Shown one piece after another: positions 45,227 to 55,100 of a stretch of 64,000 bases of DNA. The stretch lies in NCBI GenBank assembly GCA_000165345.1, contig CM000432.1, forward strand, positions 1 to 64,000, written 5' to 3'. The stretch's first letter is position 1. Each line of letters opens with the position of its first letter. The translations under genes and the position numbers were made by a program. The notes under the pieces are model-generated. The model had not been told where the DNA came from, searched no databases, and was given only the letters and a program-made list of their open reading frames with translations.

Positions 45227-48200
45227 ATGACTGAAGATCAGATAAAAATGTCTTCAACAGATTCTCTGGACTCTTGTTCAATATCTAATTCATCAGATGA
45301 AAATTCTCTGTTTCTCGAAGAAAATTATACAAATATTATTACAATTTCAGATGATAATTTGGAAGATTCAGTTTCAGAAATTGAAGGGGAAATTAGCTCA
45401 AATCTTTCAAGTTTTGAAGAAAACTCTTTAGTTGACAGTTTTTCTTCAGACTCTAATGATCTTAATAAAGATGATGAAAATGAGAAATTAGAAACAAATT
45501 TTGATGATGTTTTTAAAAAATGTGATAATGATGTTTTTATTAATAATAAAGGATTTTCAACAAATTTAAGCCATAAGAATATTTTTAATTATAGTATTAA
45601 TGATTATTTAATATTAGAGCCTTATTTACATTATAGTGAAGAATTTGATAAAAAAGATGACATATTATCTAAGAAATACGACTTAATTAATGGTTTAAAG
45701 CAACAATTAATAGAAGATGAAGATAAATTTGCTGTGAATGGAAACAAAAGGATCTTTCAAGAAGAGCTTATCAAGTTAAACAATCATAATTTTGGTCATC
45801 CTTCATCTATTTGCCATGACAATAATGGACTAATTTTTGTGGGTACAATTAAAGGTTTCTGCTTAATTTTCTTAGAAACAAGCTCAAAGAAGTGTATAGT
45901 TATTGATCCTATTAATGGCTTTTTTTCAAAAATTACTTCAATTTGTATTTCAAAATCAGAAAGTAAAGATTTTGTTTTTTTGTCATTAGCTACTATTGAC
46001 GGAAACCTTTGTCTTTGGAGATTAAATATTGCTAATTTAAAAGAGTTTCTCATGAATGATTGTAATTCATCAAATCATTCAGGCAAAGAAGCTTTACAGG
46101 ATAATATTTTACTTTTTTCCGATTCAAGTAAATGTAATGAAAAAGCATCTCTAGGAGGTACTCAAATTTATCATATTAAAGGCTCAAGTGAAGAAGAGAA
46201 AGAATACTTAAATGATGGTACGATCAAGGATACAGTTAATATAGAGATTAGTAACCAAATTGAAAATGAAGAAGTAATTGAGAATGGAATAGTTTCTAAA
46301 ATGGCTATTTTGTTGAATAATTCTCCAAAACATATAAAGTATGGAATTTTGAATCACGAATTCATTGATATTAGAAGTCAAGAATCTGTTAATAGATTAG
46401 CTATTTTCATTAGTGATTTACAAGGGAATCTTTACGTAACTTTATTAGTTAAAGGGTCTCCAAAAACGAATAATGAAGATGAAACCAATAAAAATATTGA
46501 AAAGATGATAGATGAATGGATAATTCATGAAAAGATCTTCCTTTATAATTCAGAAGAGGATATTATTCATCAGTTTAGAAGTCTTCCTCCTCCACCATTA
46601 AGAAAGAATTTACCCCAAGAAAATACTCAGGTAAATTCAGGACAAACTAGTAAAAGAGAAATTCATCCAATGGATCATTACCAATTTTATTTGGTAGCTG
46701 GAAGAAAGGGATTTTCACTTATTAGTATGCTTCCTCATCCTGCTCTCTGTAATGTAGTGAATTTAGTGGATGATCTAAGAAAAATGAATTTCAAAATACC
46801 TGAGAATGAGATCAATGGAGTTTATTTAACTTGGCTCCGTCCTAGTATAATTTCAAAGAATGCAGAAAGTGTACAGATGCAAATTAGAATCTTAGCTTCA
46901 ATCTCAAGGTATTTGTGTATTTACGAAATAAAATCATTCGAAGAATTTGAGAATTCTGATGAAATTAAGGTCGAGTTAAAATTATCAGCAGTTTGGACAA
47001 TTTTTGACTCAATTCATGGAATATTTGCATTGAGTGAAAATATGATAGCTTTATTAATTGGATTTCGAGGAATTTATATATATCAAATAGTAGAAGATTA
47101 TGATGGATTTAATTCTACTACAAAACTATGTAAAAACACAAACAAACTGAATGTTATAACACAGGCATACATAGAAGAGGAATATCAGCAAAATCTAGAA
47201 CAAAAACAAATACTTGATAATTCGTCAAATAATGTTTTTGATAACTTAAAGAGTCCACAAGATGCATATTTAATTATTAAAAGTAAACCGATAGATTTAA
47301 ACAATCAGGTAAATGAGATGCTAGTTTGCATTCATAAATACAATGACAATAATAAGAAATTATTTGTTGTTTCTCAGACTGTGACAAATGATTTACAAGA
47401 ATCTATTGACTTATTCAGTCAATCTTTTATTCAGTGCAGGACTGGGAAAAGCGTTCGTGTATTACTTCTACTAAATGATAAGATTATTTCACTTTTGATG
47501 TTATTTAAATCGTGGATACCTTTTTTAGAAAATGAATTCAATACAAATATGGAACAAATTAAAAGCTTTATATATGATGATATTTCATGGTCCAGACTTT
47601 CTACATCCTTTATATCACTTTACGAGAAAAGATTACCAAGCCTTCAGACTTGGACAAATATTGATAAAATGATGATTTTAAATATATTAAAAAATATTTT
47701 CAATTCATTATTAGATAATGTAGCTGGTTTCCACTCTAAGATTGAAAGTAAATTATTTGAAGTCTATATAAAGCAAGTTATAAAGCTAATTATAGACTCA
47801 AGTATTAGGTTAAAGTTTTGGGAGTATTTGTTTGAAGAGTTAATACCAGTTATTCAATCTTTAAATTTCGTTCAATTATCTCTAATAGTCAAGGAAGAAC
47901 AGTCAGAAATGATTTCTCTGTTAGACTACTACCTAATTTCGATTGTGGATAGATTTATTGGAAAAGAAATAAGCTGGGAGCTGTTGGATGATGACTTTTT
48001 AAAGCTATTGATTAGCTGGTACAAAAATCGAATTCTAAAATTTGAAAAGCACAAAATTGAGAACAGCCTAGAAGATAATAAGGCCAAAATAGATGATAGT
48101 ATCAATGATATATTTAATCAAGTCCAATTTATTTTGATTAGAACCTTGAAAGTGGACTACTCAGCAACAAGTTCAAATGGAGGAATTGGAAATCCATGGT

Positions 48201-51200
48201 TAGTTTTTGTACCACTATTTAAAAAGTATGACGTTTGGACAAGTTATATATTACTATATCTATTTAGTAGAAAAGATCCAGTTGACCTATTTAAAAGAAT
48301 TATGGTTCAAATGTACGATTATTTCATTCAAGTACATACATTAAACCAACAAAATGAGGCTTTTAATCTGGAAAATAATTTATTACAAGTAATAGATATT
48401 GTTGAATTGCAAAAAAAACTTGAAGAAAACAAAACAATACAAAGCTATTACTACTTTATTTATTCTTTAATTTTTAGAGAAAGTTACCCTTTTAATGAGG
48501 ATGAAGTTAAAGATTTTGACCATTTACAAATAACTAATATTCCATTAATTTTAGATACTGATGTATTTATCAAAGCACTTCTTGAGGAGATTAATGTTGA
48601 AAAACTCAAAATAATTAAAAATAATTGTGAATTATTGATTTTCACTTCATTCAGATTCTATGTATATATATTAGTTGAACTAAAAAAGAAGAAGAACTCT
48701 CTAATACATTTGTCAGAAGAAACTGTTAATGAAGATAATGAAGAGGAGAAAGAGAGAAAAATGGTGAGATTTGAAAAGATTTATTTAATAATGGAAGATC
48801 AATTGGAGTTGTTTGTTTACAAAGTATTGAAAATTGATGAGGCTGATGATTCTAAAAAACTGAATCATTTAATTAATTCTGATTCCCCATTGAAAAAAAA
48901 TTTAGATCTAAAAACTGATATTTTAAAAAACATTATTTGGAAGAGTAGCAAACTTGGGTTATCTGTGAACTATTTATTAGGAAATTACTTGAACTGGGTA
49001 ATATTTAATATTAAAGATTGCAACATTAAGAAAGAGAGCAACTACAAGATATTAATCAATTGTTTCTTTAAAATAATAGAAAAACTAAAAGTTAATTTTG
49101 AAGAAACAGAACAAATTTCAAACTTAGTAAAGAGTATGGAATACAATCTAATAATGGCAATAATAAATAGCAACAGAAATAATGAGGGAATGAATTTTCT
49201 TAATATTCTTTTGAATTGTGTAGGAATTGATAATTATCATACTCAGGAAGATGAATTATTATTTTTTGATCATAATCAAGTTATTAAAGAGTACAATAAA
49301 CTTGAAATGAATCAAAAATTATCTAAAATATTGAAAAAATATTCACTATATAACTTATCATTGTATTTATCAATTCAAGTTTATGATTTGGAAAGTATAT
49401 TGGATATGTACTCAAAGAAGCACTTTATTAATAATAATATTTTGAGAGAATTATATATAATGGATGAAGAGAACAATAATATACTATTTTCACTAAATTA
49501 TATTCTAAGCACAATTGAAAAAGGGATAAATTTTAAGGTATTTGATTATGATCAGGCATTTATATTGATTATTAAATATACAGATTTACTGATTAAGATC
49601 GACTCACTAAATACAATAGACTTGATCATACATATTTTGAGTAGGTGTTTGGATGATGAATTTAATTCCATAAGTAAGAACCCTGTATCGTATTATGCCA
49701 AAATAATTCAAGATGATTTGGACCAAAAAATAAAGAAATTATTATTAGGATCATTGTTATATTACAATGGTACTAAAAATAGTTGTTTTCAGGAAGAAAT
49801 TCTTCTAAGTGATAATTCAATATATAAGAATAAACCAGAATTGAAAAGATGGAATGAGCTGGTTAATCAACTAATACCTCAGTATTTAGAGAGCTTTTTG
49901 AAAGAAAAGAGAACTAATGATTCATCAGTGTTAAATATTTTAGATTACTGGTATCAGAGTTCAGTAAGACATGATGAGTTACTCAATACTCCTTTTGAGA
50001 AATGTTACCACATATGTAGAGAATTAAACAATGAATTTGGAATGATTTATATAAATCAGATATTTTCTGTTAACCCAAATCTATACAACTCTAGTGTTTG
50101 TGAAACGTCAGATCAAATTTTCAAATTTTGCATTTTAAGATTTAAAAGTTATCTTTCAAAAATTAGGGGATTATTAGAGGGAAGATTTAGTAAGGAGACT
50201 TTTAGCTTAAATTCGAAAATGATAGCTAAAGATAAAACTATATTATATTCATTTGATCTTGAAGAGATGAATTCATTAAAGAGTAGAAAAGACTTTTATT
50301 TATTATGGGAGGAATTAATTGAATTTACCAACTTTATTTATTTATATTGCTTTACGAACAATAATTCCAATGTTAATCACTATCATTATGAAATCAAGAA
50401 TGGAAGATATATTGAGTTTTATAAAGATATTTTAGAGTGCTTACTAATAGAAATTGAAAGCATTTCCGAGAGATATAACAGGATATTAACAAAAATAGCA
50501 GAAGAATTTCAAGTTAAAAAGGGAGGTAAAATATCTCAAAATTTGGATTTAAAATTACTTGGGATTGATCTAATAGTTATTTTATACTATATACTGGCTT
50601 GCTTTATACTTGGAAATAATAACTACCAGTATTTATTAGAAAAGTATCTAATAAAGTTTGGTTTTCTTTCAGATTTTCTTTTTAATTCAAAGTTAAATAA
50701 GTTGTTTTCAAGTCCAATTAGCAGTTATTACATTTTTATTAAACCAATTTTGCAGTTAATAGTCAGCGAAGCAAAATCCAAAAGTAATGAAGAAACTAGC
50801 AGAGATCCAAACACAAACTTTCCATGTAAATTTTGGCGCCATTTAGCTCTGGAAATGATGAATTCAAAAATATTCATTGATAAATGCAATGATGAAGTTG
50901 GTCAGCTATTCCAAGGAGATTTACTACATATTTTTTATTCTCTTGTTAATACAATTAAAAAAGCTATAATTGTTCAATTTAATGACCAATCGAATAACTT
51001 TGTGAATTCACACGAGTCGAGATATTTAGAAAATAGAAATAAGATACATGAACAATATTTGAAGTATGGATTAAAGTCAAATTGTTTCTACTGTAAACAG
51101 TCTATTTCTAATTTTGAAGAGGAAGATCTTAAATCAAAAACACAAAACCCTCACTCTTATTCGTTTAATATTATTTCAAATGGGATCAATGAATTTTCGT

Positions 51201-51526
51201 TTAACGATAACAATTTTAATATATTAAACGACAGAAATAGTGAGGGTAGTATTATAATTGAGAGACCAATTCAACGGAAATTCAGTGTGAATGGCAATAG
51301 AGAAAATGAGAATTCCGATGAAGAAAGTGATCCTATGAATATTAATAAACTATATGTATTTCATTGCGGAAATGTTTTTCATAAGAAATGTCTCTATAAC
51401 AGTATTAATAATAAATTTGGTCTCCCGAATGATAAGAAAAATGAAATTTCGGGAAATTTATATACTGGAGATAGAGATTTAACAAATAATTGTTTACATC
51501 AATACAGAGTTTCCTTCAATTATTAA
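45227..51526 (+). CDS. giant protein of 2099 aa with an N-terminal beta-propeller-like region and a C-terminal split RING-H2; VPS8-like (CORVET) or a related HOPS/CORVET subunit
   Basis: The N-terminal FVGTIKGFCLIFLETSSKKCIVIDPINGFFSKITSICIS...LATIDGNLCLWRL resembles the Vps8 N-terminal propeller. The C-terminus has CFYCKQSI...(insert)...LYVFHCGNVFHKKCL, a C-x2-C ... C-x-H-x2-C RING-H2 arrangement typical of Vps8/11/18/41. Confidence 0.35.
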   Translation: MTEDQIKMSSTDSLDSCSISNSSDENSLFLEENYTNIITISDDNLEDSVSEIEGEISSNLSSFEENSLVDSFSSDSNDLNKDDENEKLETNFDDVFKKCDNDVFINNKGFSTNLSHKNIFNYSINDYLILEPYLHYSEEFDKKDDILSKKYDLINGLKQQLIEDEDKFAVNGNKRIFQEELIKLNNHNFGHPSSICHDNNGLIFVGTIKGFCLIFLETSSKKCIVIDPINGFFSKITSICISKSESKDFVFLSLATIDGNLCLWRLNIANLKEFLMNDCNSSNHSGKEALQDNILLFSDSSKCNEKASLGGTQIYHIKGSSEEEKEYLNDGTIKDTVNIEISNQIENEEVIENGIVSKMAILLNNSPKHIKYGILNHEFIDIRSQESVNRLAIFISDLQGNLYVTLLVKGSPKTNNEDETNKNIEKMIDEWIIHEKIFLYNSEEDIIHQFRSLPPPPLRKNLPQENTQVNSGQTSKREIHPMDHYQFYLVAGRKGFSLISMLPHPALCNVVNLVDDLRKMNFKIPENEINGVYLTWLRPSIISKNAESVQMQIRILASISRYLCIYEIKSFEEFENSDEIKVELKLSAVWTIFDSIHGIFALSENMIALLIGFRGIYIYQIVEDYDGFNSTTKLCKNTNKLNVITQAYIEEEYQQNLEQKQILDNSSNNVFDNLKSPQDAYLIIKSKPIDLNNQVNEMLVCIHKYNDNNKKLFVVSQTVTNDLQESIDLFSQSFIQCRTGKSVRVLLLLNDKIISLLMLFKSWIPFLENEFNTNMEQIKSFIYDDISWSRLSTSFISLYEKRLPSLQTWTNIDKMMILNILKNIFNSLLDNVAGFHSKIESKLFEVYIKQVIKLIIDSSIRLKFWEYLFEELIPVIQSLNFVQLSLIVKEEQSEMISLLDYYLISIVDRFIGKEISWELLDDDFLKLLISWYKNRILKFEKHKIENSLEDNKAKIDDSINDIFNQVQFILIRTLKVDYSATSSNGGIGNPWLVFVPLFKKYDVWTSYILLYLFSRKDPVDLFKRIMVQMYDYFIQVHTLNQQNEAFNLENNLLQVIDIVELQKKLEENKTIQSYYYFIYSLIFRESYPFNEDEVKDFDHLQITNIPLILDTDVFIKALLEEINVEKLKIIKNNCELLIFTSFRFYVYILVELKKKKNSLIHLSEETVNEDNEEEKERKMVRFEKIYLIMEDQLELFVYKVLKIDEADDSKKLNHLINSDSPLKKNLDLKTDILKNIIWKSSKLGLSVNYLLGNYLNWVIFNIKDCNIKKESNYKILINCFFKIIEKLKVNFEETEQISNLVKSMEYNLIMAIINSNRNNEGMNFLNILLNCVGIDNYHTQEDELLFFDHNQVIKEYNKLEMNQKLSKILKKYSLYNLSLYLSIQVYDLESILDMYSKKHFINNNILRELYIMDEENNNILFSLNYILSTIEKGINFKVFDYDQAFILIIKYTDLLIKIDSLNTIDLIIHILSRCLDDEFNSISKNPVSYYAKIIQDDLDQKIKKLLLGSLLYYNGTKNSCFQEEILLSDNSIYKNKPELKRWNELVNQLIPQYLESFLKEKRTNDSSVLNILDYWYQSSVRHDELLNTPFEKCYHICRELNNEFGMIYINQIFSVNPNLYNSSVCETSDQIFKFCILRFKSYLSKIRGLLEGRFSKETFSLNSKMIAKDKTILYSFDLEEMNSLKSRKDFYLLWEELIEFTNFIYLYCFTNNNSNVNHYHYEIKNGRYIEFYKDILECLLIEIESISERYNRILTKIAEEFQVKKGGKISQNLDLKLLGIDLIVILYYILACFILGNNNYQYLLEKYLIKFGFLSDFLFNSKLNKLFSSPISSYYIFIKPILQLIVSEAKSKSNEETSRDPNTNFPCKFWRHLALEMMNSKIFIDKCNDEVGQLFQGDLLHIFYSLVNTIKKAIIVQFNDQSNNFVNSHESRYLENRNKIHEQYLKYGLKSNCFYCKQSISNFEEEDLKSKTQNPHSYSFNIISNGINEFSFNDNNFNILNDRNSEGSIIIERPIQRKFSVNGNRENENSDEESDPMNINKLYVFHCGNVFHKKCLYNSINNKFGLPNDKKNEISGNLYTGDRDLTNNCLHQYRVSFNY

Positions 51527-51725
51527 CTGTATCAAAAAAATTATGTATATTTCGACTATATATTTATTTAAAAAAAAAAAGTTAAGAACAATTATAAAAT
51601 ACTGAAATTAGTACTTTAAACTCTCAAATAATAAATTAATTCATATATATTTTTCTTTTATTTACTTTGCATTTTTTTTCTTTAATCCATTTTGCATGTA
51701 ATTAAGATATTTTAGATTCCCCCCT

Positions 51726-51745
51726 AGCGCGCCTTGGCGGCAAAT
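51726..51745. promoter_or_regulatory. GC-rich element TAGCGCGCCTTGGCGGCAAA upstream of the giant repeat-protein gene; the complement TTTGCCGCCAAGG is close to a canonical E2F site
   Basis: It is the only GC-rich island in an intergenic region of about 670 bp that is more than 80% AT. Confidence 0.35.
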
Positions 51746-52197
51746 GCACCATTCTTTATTTTTTAGATATCGAAATTAAAAATTAATAATAAATGTGTCA
51801 CAATTGATAGGTATCGGGTACCTATATTAATTAATGGTTTTATTAACAAATAAAACTTTAAGAAAAAAATAAATTAAAAGTCGAGTGCATGTACGGAATT
51901 AAAAATTAATAGTCAGATCAATAAAAAAAAAGATTCTTAAAAAAATTAAATGATTTAAATGTGTGTAATAAATAGAGGAAAAGTGAATTAATTTGAATAC
52001 CGAATCATAATCAATACAAGCAGATTACATTACAGCCAAATAAAAGTTTGTGAGTCTATGATTTTTTTTTTTTGTCAGTTAAAGTTTTCTAAGTTATAAG
52101 GCTTTTTATTTATTATTTTTTTTTTTTTTATATTAATATTATTAGTAATTAAATAATGAAACGTAATATTTAAATTAAATAAGTTAATTAATAAATA

Positions 52198-55100
52198 ATG
52201 ACAATTTCTAGAAGCAGTTCATCATTAAATGAAGATGGAAAAATCAATCGAAGTAAGATTGTTCCATATATTACAAGAGAGATGAGTATTGCTCAGCTTC
52301 AAGATAAGAAATACCATAGTTTTGTGCAAAATACATTGGCAGATTATCAAGCAAGTGCATTTGATGCTCAGAAAATTGCATTGGAAAAAGATAAAGAGCT
52401 TAAAGAGTTGAGAGATACACAAAATTCAGTTAAGGTTTCGTTAAAGTATTATCAAGAGAAATGCCAGCAGTTAGAAAATGAGCTTAAAGCAACTTCAATG
52501 GGGCTATTATATGGGAGGAAGGAAAAAGAACAAGAGAGAGAAATTGCAAGATTGAGTACTGAAATAACAAGTTTTGAGAAAAAAAAAGAGGAGTTAGAAA
52601 CAAACTTGAGATATTATCAAGATAGAGAAATGTATTTACAGCACGAGTTGGAACTTAAAGAAAATGAATTAAATAAGCTATCTCAAGAATTTGCCACTTT
52701 AACAGAGACATATAATAGTACATATTCGGAATTAGAGAAATGTAAATTTGACTTAAGTACGGAACAGAATAATAATAAAACATTAGAAAATCAATTAAAA
52801 GTAAAGAATGACGAGATTACAAAATATAAAGGAAGTTTAACAACTAAAGAAGCGGAAATTAATAATTTGAAGAATGAAATACAAAAATTGAACTCAATGG
52901 TTGAAATCAATAAATCTGAAATAAATACTATTAGTGAGCAGCTTAAATTAAAACAGAAAGAGTGCTTAGATTATAGTAGTAAGATTCAACAAATAGAATT
53001 GGATATGAGAAAAAACTTGGATGAAAACGAAGTATTAATTAAGGATTTAAATTCACAGATAACTTTGACTAGAAATGACTTGACTCAAAAGGTTGAATTA
53101 ATTAATGAGTTAAACTCTCGAATTTCTACATTAGATTTAAAGCTACAAGAATCGTCAAGAGATATATTGGAAAAAGAAAAAACTATAGGAAAGCTTAAAG
53201 CTGAACAGCAGATTACTAGTTTAGAGGCTGATGGTCTTAAAACGAAGATTCAGATTATTGAACAAGAGAAAACCAATATTGAACAAGAAATTGAAACGAT
53301 ATTGGTAGAAAAGAAAAAAATAGATGAAGAACTTAAAGATACAATTAATAGGAAGAATTCCAAGTTAGATGAAGCTTTAACTTACAGAATTGAATCAGCT
53401 ATAACTGCTGAGAGAGAAATTAATCAACTTAAAGAAAAGAACCAAATAATTGAATTTGAGAAAAAAATGATGGAGGAAAAATTGGAAATTTCTAATAATA
53501 ATATAAAAATAAAAGATGATGAAATTCAACAACTTAAAACTACAATCCAAGATCTTAATCGACAAAATATTAAACTTGAGAATGAGCTTCATTCATTACA
53601 AGAAAGTAGCAGAAGAGAAAGTGTGGAGAATACATTTAGAAGTAGTAGAATTGGCTCAAATATTGTAAGTAGTAAAATCAATGCATCATCTGGGTCTACA
53701 GTTAATACCAGTGAAAATACAATTTCTAGTAATATAGCAACTAGTAATGCTGAAACTGTTGAAAAAGTAGTTAATGCTGATACTTTAGTTGACACATCTA
53801 TTCAAGATTCAGCTGTAAATGCTGCTTCTACAACAGTTAAAATGCCATCATCCAAATCAATTTCAAGTAAAAGTGCAATTTCCTCATTGCCAAAGCCAAA
53901 AGCTAAAAGTGCAGTTAAATCAGCTCCTGCTACTGAAGAGAATAACGGTGATCAAACAATATCTGAACCTGCATCTATATCTGAAGTTAAATCTAAAGCT
54001 GGAAGTAAATCAATGCCAGTTTCAAAATCCAAATCTGTAATTAAAGCTAAATCTCAGGTTGTTGCTAAATCCGATATGGATTCTGGACAAATTGTAAAGG
54101 AAGACAATGAGACCAAGGACAATGAGGATGAAGCGGCCAAGGTTAGAGCTCAGAAAGAAAAGGAGGAAGCAGAAGCAAAAGCTTTAAAAGAGAAGGAAGA
54201 AGCTGAGGCCAAAGCCAAGAAAGAAAAAGAAGAGGCTGAGGCTAAAGCTTTAAAGGAGAAAGAAGAAGCTGAGGCCAAAGCTAAGAAAGAAAAGGAGAAG
54301 GAAGAAGCTGAGGCCAAAGCTAAGAAAGAAAAAGAGGAAGCTGAGGCCAAGGCTAAGAAGGAAAAGGAAGAAGCTGAGGCCAAAGCTTTAAAAGAGAAAG
54401 AAGAAGCTGAGGCTAAAGCCAAGAAAGAAAAGGAGAAGGAAGAAGCTGAGGCCAAGGCAAAGAAAGAAAAAGAGGAGGCTGAGGCTAAAGCTAAAAAGGA
54501 GAAGGAGGAGGCTGAGGCAAAGGCCAAGAAGGAGAAGGAGGAAGCTGAAGCCAAAGCTAAGAAAGAGAAGGAGGAAGCTGAGGCCAAAGCTAAGAAAGAA
54601 AAAGAGGAAGCTGAGGCCAAGGCTAAGAAGGAGAAGGAGGAAGCTGAGGCCAAGGCTAAAAAGGAGAAGGAAGAGGCTGAGGCTAAAGCCAAGAAAGAAA
54701 AGGAGGAGGCTGAGGCTGAGGCTGAGGCAAAGGCAAAGAAAGAAAAGGAGGAGGCTGAGGCAAAGGCCAAGAAGGAGAAGGAAGAAGCTGAGGCCAAAGC
54801 TAAGAAAGAGAAGGAGGAAGCTGAGGCCAAAGCTAAGAAAGAAAAAGAGGAAGCTGAGGCCAAGGCTAAAAAGGAAAAAGAGGAGGCTGAGGCTAAAGCC
54901 AAGAAAGAAAAAGAAGAGGCTGAGGCTAAAGCTAAGAAGGAGAAGGAGGAAGCTGAGGCCAAGGCTAAAAAGGAGAAGGAAGAGGCTGATACAAAAGAGA
55001 AAGAGAAGACAGAAATCAAAGAAAATTCAAAAATAGATTCAGATAGTGAGGAAAACTCTGAATCTAAAGAAAAGAAGTCAACTGGACTACTTGCTAAGAC

